Positions 1 to 13,106 of a DNA stretch of 64,000 bases are shown here, in pieces. The stretch comes from Tubiluchus corallicola (Eukaryota > Animalia > Priapulida). Every line of letters starts with the position of its first letter. The stretch's first letter is position 1. The notes below the pieces were generated by a model. The model worked only from the letters and a program-made list of their open reading frames with translations. It had not been told where the DNA came from and made no database searches. The stretch is taken from contig JAQGDQ010002381.1 of NCBI GenBank assembly GCA_030141605.1, positions 186,001-250,000 of the forward strand, given 5' to 3'. Made by a program: the position numbers and the translations under genes.

Positions 1-158
1 TTCGCTAGTGCAATTTTTCGCCAGTCTACTTTTTCGCCAGTGCACTTTTTCGCCAGTCTACTTTTTCGCCAGTGCACTTTTTCGCCAGTCTACTTTTTCA
101 CCAGTGCACTTTTTCACCAATTACTTTTTCGCCTGGCGAAAAAAGTAGACTGGCGAAA
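1..158. repeat. 15-16 bp tandem repeat (TTTTCGCCAGTGCAC / TTTTCGCCAGTCTAC) ending in inverted copies; probable MITE end truncated by the window edge
   Basis: About 8 direct units followed by CTGGCGAAAAAAGTAGACTGGCGAAA, the reverse complement of the unit. Confidence 0.7.
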
Positions 159-1789
159 CGATATACAATCATACATAATAAACCCTGTCCTAGTAAAAGT
201 TTTCAACAGAAACAACACTGCACGCGAGTTCTTCAAATGGAAAAAGAACTTTCTCTTGGAAATTCAACAATCTAAACCACACACGCAGCGCCGCCAAGCG
301 TATCAGACGTGCAAGATTACACCATTTTCCTCTTCAGTGTAAAATCAATAAAAACTTTTCATCAAAATACTAATCATTAGTAGCTTCTCAAGAATCTGTA
401 ATTGAGTTCAATCACTGACTAGTGAAACACGGGATGAATCTAAAGCGGGCATTCTTGCTTTTTGGTCATTATCATGAAATCTATCAAACTGTAACGCTTA
501 GCATTTTACATGCTTTATCTATTAGCTCTGACATTCGAAGCATTGCTGACAATCGTGTAACCTTACCATAAGAGTCTCAATGGAATTTGAACATGACAAG
601 CAAATGTAAGTTCGCCTGTGTCAAAGACAAAAATCTCAACAGCTACTGCGCAGACGGAAAGATAACTATTGCGCATTTACTTTTAGATTTTACAATGCCA
701 ATGTGTACATGTACATACAGAACAATATGTAATATACAAAGTTTATAAATCATCAGCACATGAAGACACAACAAGTCGAAATTGTAAGAAAACTTGTGCA
801 GAGTGAACTTAACAAATGAGTGGACACAAAAAAGATAATTTAAAAAAAGAAAAAATGGTGATGAAAAAAACACAAAAACGAGAAATTGGGACACAGACAT
901 ATAAGTTGCCGTCAATATTAACTTTTTTTTGTCATAACTGACTAACTGACGCACTACCATCATTATCTTAATCATCGTCGTTGCCACTGCGGTCGTTGTG
1001 GTCACTGTTATCGTCAAAATAATTATCATCATCATCATCGTCATGATGCCGCCGCCGTCGTTGTTGTTGTTGTTGTTGTTGTCGTCGTCGTTATCATCAC
1101 CACCACCATAACCATCATTTTTCTTTTTGCTTCTCTTCTTTTCACAAATTTCGTTTTTTGTTTTAGCGTTTCTCTTTTTTAATAGCTAAAAACACGTATC
1201 AGCAGCATCTGTATTATATTACTCTGATTTGCTTTGAGTGAATTAAAAACATTTGCCTTTGATTAGAGAATCCCCGTTCAAAAGAGGCATAACAAGATTA
1301 CTAGAGCAATCATAAAGAACGCAACATGGTAATTAACACGGTATTTTTGATTTGGTTTGTAATCATACCGCTTTATTGCTGAAAAAATAATTAAAACGAT
1401 GAACGAGTATGAGTCATAAAGTCTAATTACACTCGACGCTTTGAGTGGGTCGGATACAAGTTCACTTTAGACTTGTCTTTTGTGACGGAACGGAAGTGTA
1501 CGAGAAAATTAAAATTTAACGCGTTGCATAATAATTATATTATAATTAATTGAAGGCGTGGTACGTTTGAGTCGATCTAACCACGTGACTGGGTTTAAAA
1601 TCAATCTAATGTTTCCAATAATATTCTGTTGTTAACTTCCAGCTATAGTGACTTTAATTTTCAATGTTTTATGTTGCAAAACATTTTTTGTAAACATTTA
1701 TTTGAAATAATTGCCTTTAGCAAATAAATGCTGATCAAATTGCTTCAGGCTGCAAAATTTACAGGAGTGCAGTTTGACAGGAAAAACAA

Positions 1790-2075
1790 ATCTATCACAA
1801 AATATACATAACTATTCCAATTGTTAATTATGATAATTAAAACGGTTAGATGAACCAATATATTGCTGCACCAGATCAAATAGAATGATGTTCTGTTCAT
1901 AACTTAGTAGTGAACTACCTGAAAGAAAAACTGAAGTTTCTAATTGTGGGTTAAAGTTATTTATATTAAAAGGTAATGTGTTTGTTTGGTATAGGTTTGT
2001 TAGTCGTTCTTTGAGGTCCTCTCTACTAGCAACATGCAAAGGGCAATCGAGCAAAAAATGTTTAATACTTTCAAA
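1790..2075 (-). mobile_element. 3' fragment of non-LTR retrotransposon ORF2 (CR1-group-like C-terminus)
   Basis: ESIKHFLLDCPLH...R..L...NIILFDLVQQYIGSSNRF matches the E-x-x-H-FLL-x-CP / RF end typical of LINE ORF2 C-termini. Confidence 0.6.
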
Positions 2076-2614
2076 ACACTTTAAATCTGAAAACAGGCTA
2101 CCTGTTGAAATTGTAGACATAATTTAAGAGCTAGACACATTTTTTGCTATTGCTTCTTTTGCTGAAACTGTTGTTGTTACCACAGCTATTGTTGCTGCAG
2201 TTGTTACTGTCTTCTAGATGTGGCAACTGATTTTATTGGGGGTCCTACTCAGCAAATTTTATACCTATAAGGCAAAAATAAGGAACTTCCGTCTAAAAAC
2301 AGTAACGAATATTCAGACATATCCAAACCCTAAGGTCCGCGCAGACATGTAAAACTTAAGAAACTGTTGATTAACTATCTGCATAACATTTCAACAATAG
2401 TTGATTCTAAATTAAAAGGTACGACTTATTTTGCTAAGAATTAGTGTATTCAATTAGCACTGTGAAACATATGTAGATGTGTTTGTCATAAATTATGGTA
2501 TTTTTTAATATACTGCGCTTAAAAAGAACCCTGTAATTGTAGGGACGTGTTCCTGTATGCCTTGTTTTTTTAATTGTGTCATTTATTAATTGTACTTGAG
2601 CTTATGTTTGTAAA

Positions 2615-2722
<108 letters not shown>

Positions 2723-3589
2723 ATCTTTCATCGCTAAACAACATTTGTATTAATATTTCGAGTCTTTTAACTGCATAGATGGCTCCATTCGTTCACTTTT
2801 AAGCAGTTTTTGTTATTAAGGTAGCATATCACATTATGGTGCAGCTGCTACACCAATTGAGCTTAAATTTTGCATGGATTATATTGTAAAATATGCCCAC
2901 AGTATAGTAAGAGAAGGCCAAAGATAAGAGTCGTTTCTCTCAGGTAATGCTGTAACGCTTCTCCACTTGATGTCGAGCTTACGCAGCAGTTCATCAAAAC
3001 TATTTGAACTCATCCGATAATAACTAAATTACTCGGATGAAGCCAGTAAAAGTGGTCATAGAGCTTATAAAATCGCCCTTTCACTAATCGCTGACTACCT
3101 CTTCAATCTTCATAGCGCCAGTTGCGCAATTTAAAATTGCTTGTCTGGGGGTGCGATTTTGGTGCACGAGTAAAATTGCTACAATTTTCGGCTGCACAAC
3201 TTTTAATTGCGCAACTGAAAATTGCACATCTACGCGGGGACTAATAAGCTTGAAATTTAGTTCAACACGTTTGTTCTTCTCGTTATACAAACGAGAAGTG
3301 AGGATCCCGCTGCTAAATGAACTGCCCCAGGCCTGCCCAAGCTCATATAAAGTAATTGATGAAGAATTTGTTAAATGGCGCACAAAACGGTATAAAAGTA
3401 AAAATAGTGCGCGCACATCAATTCATGGTTAATTAAGCGCATAATTTTACAAGTTTTGCGCAATTATAAGGCAAGATTTTGCCAATTTTAATGTAGCAAA
3501 TGAAACGACATCGCAATAAACGTACCCAAGATTTTATACATTTCGTAATTAGAAATAGCAAATGAGTAGTACAAAGAAGCGCCTTTTTT

Positions 3590-4430
3590 ATTGTTGTTGT
3601 TGCTGCTGCTGCTACTACTGTTGCTGTTGTTGCTGTTGTTGTTGTTGCTGTTACTGCTGTTGCTGCTGTTGTTGTTGTTGCTGTTGTTGTTGTTGTTGTT
3701 GCTGTTGCTGTTGCTGCTGCTCTTGTTGTTTTTGTTGTTGCTGCTGTTGTTGTTGTTGTTGCTGTTGCTGCTGCTGTAGTTGCTGCTACTGCCGTTGCCG
3801 CTATTGCTGTTGCTATTCCTGTAGCTGTTGTTGTTGTTTTTGTTGTTGCTGTTGTTGTTGTCGTTGTCGTTGTCATTGTCATTTTCGTCATTGCCGTTGT
3901 TGTTGTTGTCACTGCTGCTGTTGCCATTGCCGCTATTGCTGTAGCTGTTGTTGTTGTTTTTGTTGTTGCTGTTGTTGTTGTCGTTGTTGTTGTTGTTTTT
4001 GTTGTTGCTGTTGTTGTTGTCGTTGTTGTTGTGATTGTCATTGTCGCCATTGCCGTTGTTGTTGTTGTCACTGCTGCTGCTGCCGTTGCCGCTATTGCTG
4101 TTGCTATTCCTGTAGCTGTTGTTGTTGTCGTTGTTGTTGTTATCACTGTCGCTGTCACTGTTGTTGTTGTTGTTGCTGCTGCTGTTGTTGTTGTCGTTGT
4201 TGTTGTGGTTGTTGCTGCTGGTGTTGTCATTGCCGCTATTGCTGTTGCTGTTCCTGTAGCTGTTGTTGTTGTCGTTGTCGTTGTCGCTGTCGCTGTTGCT
4301 GTTATTGTTGTTGTTGTTGTTGTTGTCATCGTAGTTGTTGCTGCTGCACATGCAGTTACCGCTATTGCTGTTCCTGTTCCTGTAGCTGTTGTTGTTTTTG
4401 TTGTTGTCGCTGTCACTGTCGGTGTCGCTG
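3590..4430. repeat. Complex (GTT/GCT/GTC)n trinucleotide array with a recurring higher-order motif
   Basis: Visible; motif GCCGCTATTGCTGTTGCT(A/G)TTCCTGTAGCTG or a variant recurs near 3797, 3928, 4088, 4232 and 4359. Confidence 0.95.
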
Positions 4431-4711
4431 TACACGTTTAGTAGTTTTATTACCAGGTGTGGCAATAATGTGTATTTCTAGGACTGACTCTAATAAGAAA
4501 GCTGCCGGCGATAAGTTCACGCCATGCTTAAAAGTAATTATTGAGAATTAGCGACGTTATTTAATTCTTAACTCTCAGTGGATGTTAAAGGTACTGAAAT
4601 GTTATCCTACAGAGCAAAAAGTAGATCTCGATGCGGTAATTTTCAAATCTCAGTCAGTAGAAGAAGCTCTTAACTTGAAAGAATTAACATTCTGTATATC
4701 GCGTATAATGT

Positions 4712-4752
4712 CGATAACGATAACGATAACGATTACCACAACCATAACCATA

Positions 4753-4787
<35 letters not shown>

Positions 4788-4946
4788 AACGATAACGATA
4801 ACGATAACAATAACAATAACAATAACAATAACAATCAAAATAGCAATAGCAATAGCAATAACGATAACGATAACAATAACGATAACGATACCAATACCGA
4901 TAACGATAACGATAACAATAACGATAACTAACGATAATGACAATAA
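4712..4946. repeat. Hexanucleotide microsatellite (ATAACG/ATGACG/ATAACA)n
   Basis: Directly visible. Confidence 0.95.
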
Positions 4947-5317
4947 AAAATAATAATATGCCAAACAAATACGTACGAGAGAAAGAATCTCTATCTGCAT
5001 CCAATGAGCATTTCGCATTTACCCATATTTCTTTTGGCAGCACTTAACAACGCGCCATTAGGCTCTAAAATCGAATACAGTCTTTGTATGAATAAGGATT
5101 TCTTTTTTCACTTGATTGAAAAAAACATCGTAAATTTAGTTGTCTTAATAATTGCCACTGTAACAGTAACATAGTGAAAAGGCCATATATGACAGGGGTG
5201 GTGCCAAGAGCCAGAGTTGAAGACACCGGGGAAACCAAGCGAAGTGCAAGAAATATGATTTTGAGAATCTCTGTCTTAGTATAGTGATGCAGTGAATCGG
5301 CAGGCTATTTATGTTAA

Positions 5318-5972
5318 AGGACAAGAAAAGGGGTACCTCCCGTTGAAAGGATTTTTTGTTTGTTTCATTTCAAATACTCCCCCCCCCCCCCCCCCGACAC
5401 TGTACCGATCGCGTCCTCATTACCTGATGTCATATATGCACAACGTAAATCAGGGGAAGAAAAGTACATGTTAGACTATGTCCCAAAAAACTTTCTATGC
5501 AAAGCTATGTTACTTAGCATTTCGCTTACCTGCTTAAATGACTTACGTAACTAGAATAGAAAATATTTAATTATTTAAAATGTTTTCACCAATAGGTAAA
5601 ATGTCGCTGTCTCACCCTCCAGGGTGCACCACTCACTAACCAAAAAACATATTTTTAATCTTATTGACAAGATACAGTAAATTAAAATTTTACTTACTTA
5701 GTGACGTGTGCGCTACGAATGCTCAGATTATATTTCCAAATTTTACTCAGTGTTATCTAAACTTGCCTCAAATGACTTATCGTCAAAATGGCTGCTGCTA
5801 ACTGTCATCGTGGGAGTTTCAATTTACATGTTTTATACAGCGTTAAGGCCGACGCAAACTCTGCATGCAAAAAGACAGTGCGTAAGTGGTATAAATTTTG
5901 AAAACGAATTTTTTAAGCTTTATGTAAGTGGACGGTATTGTGGAGGGCACAAGGGTATCCCTTTTTTAGTTT
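5318..5972 (+). mobile_element. Non-autonomous TTAA-target DNA transposon, family B (Kolobok-like)
   Basis: Starts TTAA|AGGACAAGAAAAGGGGTACC; body (AAAGCTATGTT...GTGCGCTACGAATGCTC...AAAATGGCTGC) shared with 11070-11526 and, reversed, 54959-55385; right end degenerate. Confidence 0.65.
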
Positions 5973-7080
5973 GAGGAAGCTCAAATTTGGCCACCTACTT
6001 TGTCACACATGCAAGTTAATATAGAAACTTGTGACAATTTTCAAAAAAAATATCAATCTGTACTAAATAGTTATGCACTAATATATATTAAGGTTCATTA
6101 ATGCTGTAATTGTAGCTTATATACAGCTAGATTGAAATTCTAAAATTATATACGGTGTGTGATGAGTATCCCAGTACAATGAGTGGATGGTTGATGAAAT
6201 GGCTCTTTATGGAGGTTTATATTGTTCTCTTCTCTAACAGCTGGTAACATTTAGCAATGATACAAATGAGAACATTTGTAAGAACGATACGCTCGTATAT
6301 AAAATTATTATTTTAAAGAAAATTTTCCGTTTTAGATCAGCTGGCTGCATATCGTTCTAAGCAAGTGACTTGTGCTTTAAAATTATTGCTGACTTCGGGA
6401 AAAGTCACCAACAAAACACTACAAAATGTCACAGATTATCTGTGCAATGCACTAAGTCACAACATTTTAGCTCTGCTTTTGCGCATATGACAACACAGAT
6501 ATCTGCTCACACATACACGCGCTGTCAAGGTGTGTTTGTTTATCGAGCAATTGTTATAGCAAATAATTTAGACACTACATTATTTAGCGTCCATTAACGT
6601 TTGGGCTGCAGTACATAACAGGCCTACGCGTGAATAAGAAAAAACATTTTCCATAATGTAGTGTTAGCTTTCTTGTACTAAAGTTCTGCATAATATGGTT
6701 CAGCAAAAATAATCAGGTAGCTTAAAATATTAAGAAAAAATTGTAGTCCATCCAATAGATGCGTTACATAATGTTATTTCACGATTTTATAAATATCAAT
6801 TTTATGGTCAATTTTAGTTGGTTACAATACGTAATAAACTATCCATCTTTGTAATAAAGGATTAATTCGACGTTATCGCTTTGTTCTACATACAAAAGTG
6901 ACAAATAAATTACTTCAGTTTCTCAAGAATCTATAATTACAATTAAAGACTCGCTAATATCCAGTGAGACGAATAACGAAATTTAAACACAGAAAAAAAA
7001 ACCAAGATTATTCACAGTTGATTACAAATGTACAAACGTATTAAACATATGATAGAGCGTTCACTGCTTCGTTCTTTTAA

Positions 7081-7505
7081 AGGCAAAAAGGATGATTTTT
7101 CATATCCTCCCCAATTTTGAAGTTCGGGAAAAAGATACATTTTAACGCTTATAATCACGCCAAGGCGTTTCTGATAATGAAATAATAAGCTAAAAACGTA
7201 ATTAACGGCTGGTGAGCCCAAATAATAATGACATCCACAAGCGTACTGCACGTATTCGTAAAAAAAAATTGAAGTACACTGCTACTGTACAATAATCAAT
7301 GTGATTTAAGTTTAAAATTCAAATTTCAAGTTTACATCTGTTCTCATGCATGAGCTTTCGCATGTGTGCACTATGTCACAACTGAACAACTCTGGACTGA
7401 AAGGGACAGCACCTGTTTTTTTTCTGCAACACGTTTTCGAGATGCAGGCGCTGGTGCCCGTCTAACTAGAGACAGGTAAAATTTAGGTAGTAAAGAACTA
7501 GTCAC
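7081..7505 (+). mobile_element. Family A Kolobok-like element, 3'-truncated copy
   Basis: TTAA|AGGCAAAAAGGATGATTTTTCATAT...; colinear with 9116-9692. Confidence 0.7.
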
Positions 7506-8599
7506 AGGCTGCTCAGTGGTGATAGTGGTGATACAATATCAAAATTGAGTTAATTAATTCCACTACGAAGTATACTCACTTTGCATCTAGCGATAAAGCT
7601 TAATCAAGACGCAAAAAGCTTCTCAAAATGTGGAAAAAAGCGTCAATTATTTGACAGTTCATCTCATTTCGAGCAACTTGACTTTACGACAAACATTTTT
7701 CGATTTTCGACTTTCGAGAACAAATAACAAATCACTTCTAGCCGCACTTCACAGCGATAAACCCTAAAAACCGGTGTTAAAACGCCGAGATGTCGGCGGT
7801 CTATACTTTACACGTCGGCGCGATGAAACCTGTCAATTTTTGCGTCGTTACGTCCTTTGCGCTCAGAGAGCAAAACGAAACTCACGTGGTAGCAGTTAAG
7901 TTCGAGATTGGCTTCATATAACCTTACCATTAGAGCAGTTCCTCGTGTGTTGCGTGTTAATTACTGCGAAGTATGCAGGGGTGGCAAACAGTGCGCGCAA
8001 TCTCTGCAGTAACAGTAACTGTGTAACTCGGGGCAATCAAAGGTCAAGCTAATCTCAAAATTATGTTTTTTTAGATTCTACACGCATTCTTTGTCGGCTT
8101 GCTTCATTAATAACCTTGATTTTAGCGCTCACTTTAATACTCCTTGTTTAACATCGCTGTAAATAAGGTTACACGCACAAATTAGAAAAGCTAATTACAG
8201 AATGCGTAACATGTAATATTGTAGAATTCACTCTAGTATCTATGTAAAATTTTTTAATAGTTGTACAGAAATTTTTGCCTGCAAAAAAGGCTAATAAAGA
8301 CTTATCATCATCATCATTTTGTCGGACTGCCATTAATATGCCAGCCAAATTGCCAATGTATAGTAGGGCTAGGTTAGTTCTGCTAGTAGTGTAAACTCTT
8401 AAAGAGGTTTAGAAACGTTTTAGTCGGCCAAAAACAAAAATCCTTTTTTCAGGCTGGTGACAGTCTATTATCGAGATATGCTGGCAATATAAATTCTTAC
8501 ATAAAAGGGTTTGAACTGGCAATAGCCAAATGTCCTTTTTAAGCAGTTGAGTTAATTACTATGATTAGCAGCATAAAGCTGCCACAAAGAACGTCAGGA

Positions 8600-8628
8600 C
8601 GTTGAGACATTCAGACAGACAGACATTC

Positions 8629-8673
<45 letters not shown>

Positions 8674-8702
8674 AACAGACAGACAGACAGACAAACAGAC
8701 AG
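8600..8702. repeat. (GACA)n microsatellite
   Basis: Directly visible. Confidence 0.9.
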
Positions 8703-9115
8703 AATATAAACACAGAATGAGTTGACATAAATATAATGCACGGATAGGAGGACGCAAAACATATTTTACATAAATATTAGATCTGTCAAAAAAGCTCAGT
8801 TTAATGCAAGAGTTGTTAGGTCAGCCGCCCTGATGCGCGCGATGAAAAAAAATCGCATATGCATGAGAAGAAAAAGGGAGCAAAGAAGTCATTGGTCGTT
8901 TGCCACATACGTTAGACATTACATGCAGTTTTGTTGAGTTTGGCTTTTCAGCTGGCGGTGAATTACTATTGTCCATTGTGCACACTTAGCGTGACCTTCC
9001 TAGCAAATTGAAAGTTGATATTGCAATACAAAAGCCGTAACGTAATCTTGTACTACAGGTTATCTTCTTTGCACAGACTGAATAGGAAGCTACAACGTAC
9101 AAGTTGCAGGCTTAA

Positions 9116-9692
9116 AGGGAAACAGGATGATTTTTCATATACTACCCCATTTTCAAGTACGGCAAGTAGTATACTTTTTAACAGGTGCAAAAGCATTTCT
9201 GATAAATAATATATTAAAATCTTAATTAACGGCGGGCGAGCCTAACAAGTGATGACATCAACATCTAACATAATTTTTAACATCAAAAACATTCGCTGAG
9301 CGCATGCTTCCGAAAGCGAAAATTGAAGTACAGTGCTACTGTAAGAGATTCAGTGTGTTGTAGTAAAACTCGGCAAGTTTTAAGATAAAAATTCAAATTT
9401 CAAATTTACCGCTGTACACACGCAAGAGCTGTCGAACGTGTAGATTTCGTCACAAATTAGCACATCCGAACTGAGAGGCACAGCACCTGTTTTTTCTGCA
9501 ACTCTTTCCGAAATGCAGGCGCTAGTGCCCGTCCAACTAGCGAATGGCGAAATGTATGTAACAGCGAAAAGCTGGTGGCGCCAACGCGAAATTGTGTTTG
9601 TGTGGTAATAATTCTTTCGCGTAAGTCATTTTTGAAAAAAAATAGTATGTTATTGTTTTGACTTACAGTTTAACATTGGGTCCGGTTTTGCT
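9116..9692 (+). mobile_element. Family A non-autonomous DNA transposon (Kolobok-like), full length
   Basis: TTAA at 9112-9115 and 9693-9696; AG...CT termini; imperfect TIR AGGGAAACAGGA / TCCGGTTTTGCT; five copies in the window. Confidence 0.8.
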
Positions 9693-10556
9693 TTAAAAGG
9701 AGCTTAACAATGTAAAGCCCTTAGAGCGGTGGTCAAAACCTGATGGTCCAGCGTTGACCTAGCTCACAGTGCTGATCAAGGTTTTTTAACTTGTGTTAAG
9801 CCAATTAACATTTTGTTAGTAGATTCTCGCCCCTTGATGTTTTAATCTGGCCTTGACTTAGTCTGATATTTGGACTTGAACTGGGTTAGGTATAGGTGGG
9901 TGCCAGTAATATTTCAATTAACTTTAGTTTCAGCTATGTCGTTGCTGACAAGTCTTCTTGAATAATAACGTTGATCCCCTGATAAAAGAGAGGTCTGCTA
10001 CATTTCACGTACACGAAGCCTCTGCAGAGTTGGCCACTTTCCAAATGGCGCTCCAGCACTCAGCGACAGGTCCTACTATATGTACATGTTTGTGGCGAGA
10101 CCGGTGCATAGCTCGTTATCAAAGATTAAATATTAGTTAGATTATTGAGTGAGATTATTAGTGACCACACAGCTAATAATCACACCCTCTACACCAGCTT
10201 TACTTATCTAGCTGCTTTTAAACACGTTAAGTGATGTTTTTCAAAGTTTATCCTCACAAAATCGTCTGACATGATGATGTAAAATGTTATGACATGCTGT
10301 AAGTTAAGTTATACTTTTAAGGCCACGTATCCACTAAAAGTACAAACAGACACGCACAGAAACAAATTTTTTCCTTCTGACATTTTCTGCTGCAAAAACT
10401 GCATCAGCTAAGCACGCGCGCAACGCAAGAAAGCTTGAAAATAAATCTGATATGTGGCTGAAATACTGTTAGAACAAAATATAATTTTTTTACTCTAAAA
10501 AACTTTTAATGTTGTGGTAAGAAAGGGTTCAAACAATCTTTGAAAAAAGAGCAAAA

Positions 10557-10893
10557 TAAGTAAACATTATAAGTTGTACAAGACGAAAACAAAACTAATA
10601 TATTCGTTAGTCAAAGTAAACATTATAAGTTGTACAAGACGAAGAGAAAACTAATATATTCATTAGTCAAAGTAAACATTATAAGTTGTACAAGACAAAG
10701 AGAAAACTAATATATTCATTAGTCAAAGTAAACATTATAAGTTGTACAAGGCAAAGAGAAAACTAATATATTCATTAGTCAAAGTAAACATTATAAGTTG
10801 TACAAGGCAAAGAGAAAACTAATATATTCATTAGTCAAAGTAAACATTATAAGTTGTACAAGACAAAGAGAAAACTAATATATTCATTAGTCA
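10557..10893. repeat. 56-bp minisatellite, 6 copies
   Basis: TAAACATTATAAGTTGTACAAG... recurs at 10561, 10617, 10673, 10729, 10785 and 10841. Confidence 0.95.
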
Positions 10894-11069
10894 ACGCCTA
10901 GTTTAGAGAAACCATTTGTTACTGCATTAAAGTATTTTAAATTTATACAATAAACTTGTTATGGAGCCTTACAGCTGTTAGGTATTTGGACTAGTTGCTT
11001 ATTATTTGAAATTTTCGTTTTTCATGTACATGTTAAGTGTGTAGAATATTAAAAAGAATAATCTACGTA

Positions 11070-11526
11070 ATACTTTACACACAAAGCTATGTTGTTTATC
11101 GTAACCTGCTTGAGAGACTTACGTAAGTAGAAACGAAAATTCTTACTGTAATTTAAAATGCTCGCGCCAACTGGTTAAATGTCACTGACTCACCTTCCCA
11201 ATGTGCACCACTGACTCACAAAAAACGTATTTTTAGTCTTAGTGTGAAGATACAACAATTTATCTTTTTGCTTAATGGTGAAGTGTGCTCTACGAATGCT
11301 CTGACTATTTTTCAAATTCTACGCAATGTTATATAAACTTGTTTCAAACGACTTACTGTCAAAATGGCTGCTCTTAACGGTCTCATTGCGGAAGGTTAAA
11401 TTTACAAGTTTTGCACAGCATTGCTTCTAATACAAGCTGTATGAGTTATAAGGCAATACGTAGGTGATACAAAATTTCAAAACGAATTTTTTTCACCTTT
11501 ATAAATGTAATGGTTTTTCTTGTGTT
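11070..11526 (+). mobile_element. Family B Kolobok-like element, 5'-truncated
   Basis: Colinear with 5480-5920; ends TTTTTCTTGTGTT|TTAA, an imperfect inverse of AGGACAAGAAAA. Confidence 0.65.
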
Positions 11527-11687
11527 TTAAATGCACGTTATGCATAAAAGTAAATGAATGGATTTAGGCCGTAACTTTACGTACCGAGCTACATGTATAG
11601 GTTTTTCCTGTAGAAGGCATGCTGGTGTGACACTTTTCTTCTGGTTAAAGCCGGACATAAATATTCAATTACCTATTTATTTTAATG

Positions 11688-12151
11688 TCATCTCATCTCA
11701 TCTCACCTCATCTCATCTCATCGCATCTTCTCTCCTCTCCTCTCATTGCATTTCGTCTCACCTCACCTCACCTCAACTCAACTCACCTCATCTCATCTCA
11801 ATTTACCTCACTTCATCTCATTTCATCTCATCTGATCTCAACTGATCTCATTTCACCTCACCTCATTTCATCTCATCTCATTCCATCTCAACTGATCTCA
11901 TTTCACCTCACCTCATTTCATCTCATCTCATTCCATCTCAACTGATCTCATTTCACCTCACCTCACCTCATCTCATTTTATCTCATCTCACCTCATCTCA
12001 ACTCATTTCACTTCACCTCACTTCACCTCACTTCATCTCATCTCATCTCATCTCATTTCACCTCACCTCACCTCACCTCATCTCATCTCATCTCATCTCA
12101 TCTCATTTCGTCCCACCTCACCTCACCTCATCTCATCTTGTCTTACCTCAA
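11688..12151. repeat. Pentanucleotide satellite (TCTCA/CCTCA)n
   Basis: Directly visible. Confidence 0.95.
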
Positions 12152-12924
12152 TAGATTTTTTGTACAACGTGTCATAATACATACACACATTAAGCAATAT
12201 AAATTTATATATATAAGCAGAATTAATCAACAAAGAAATATTTTAAAACTTGCTGTTTTGAATTAAATTGGCTCAGAGTCATTATTGCACTGCGTGGTCT
12301 CTGTAAGGAATTAGAGGGGTTTCTGCGGTTCCGTGGATATGCGCATTCATACATATGCAAATTTTGTGATGAAAACTGAGAGTCTTTGCGGACTATTGCG
12401 AGCGCAGTGGATACGCACCCTAAGTTATGCTGATATTATCCTTGAATTATTGGGCCGCATTAAACAGGAAGGCTTGTCCACATCACGACATGATTGATCA
12501 AGATTATTGACCAAGATTATCATTTTCACAACACTGAAATTACACGGAGCGTGAAACCCTTTGAAATCGAGCAACAATACAGCTCCTATCACGCACGGTA
12601 ATAATTAAAGTGGGAGAGAAGAAATTGGATGAAACATCTCAAACTTCCATCAAGAAAAGTTGAGCATTTCGTCCTTGAGTCTTGTCAGGTGGTTATTAAT
12701 CTTCCTGAGCTGATCTCAGTCACAAAAGTGCAATGACAAAATATAGCAATCATTCTGCAAGCGACACCCACACAGTGGTGGATTTAGGACAGGGCCACTG
12801 GGGTTGCTGCTCCGGGGCTTCCACGTAAGAGGGTCCTCCATAATGTGCATATAATCAAGTTCATTTACTACACATTGTTGACTTTAATTAACTAAATTTA
12901 TGATAAAACAATAATAACAATCAT

Positions 12925-13106
12925 GACTGACTGACTAGCTGGCTGGCTGGCTGACTGTCTGACTGACAGACTAACTGACTGACTGACTCATTGACTCACT
13001 CACTCACTGATTTGATTTAACTATTTATTTCGAACTGACTGACTGACGGACTGCCTGCCTGCCTGACTTACTGATTGACTAACTAACTAAATGAATGAAT
13101 GAATGA
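12925..13106. repeat. Degenerate (CTGA)n tetranucleotide repeat
   Basis: Directly visible. Confidence 0.85.

Noticed and set aside
3433-5043. Long ORFs (poly-T/A, poly-N/S, poly-C, poly-IT, poly-RY) resembling mucins or metallothioneins
   Set aside because: They are translations of tri- and hexanucleotide microsatellites open in many frames, with no splice or domain support.
10557-10893. Possible CRISPR-like array
   Set aside because: Head-to-tail units with no unique spacers, no cas genes, and a eukaryotic context.
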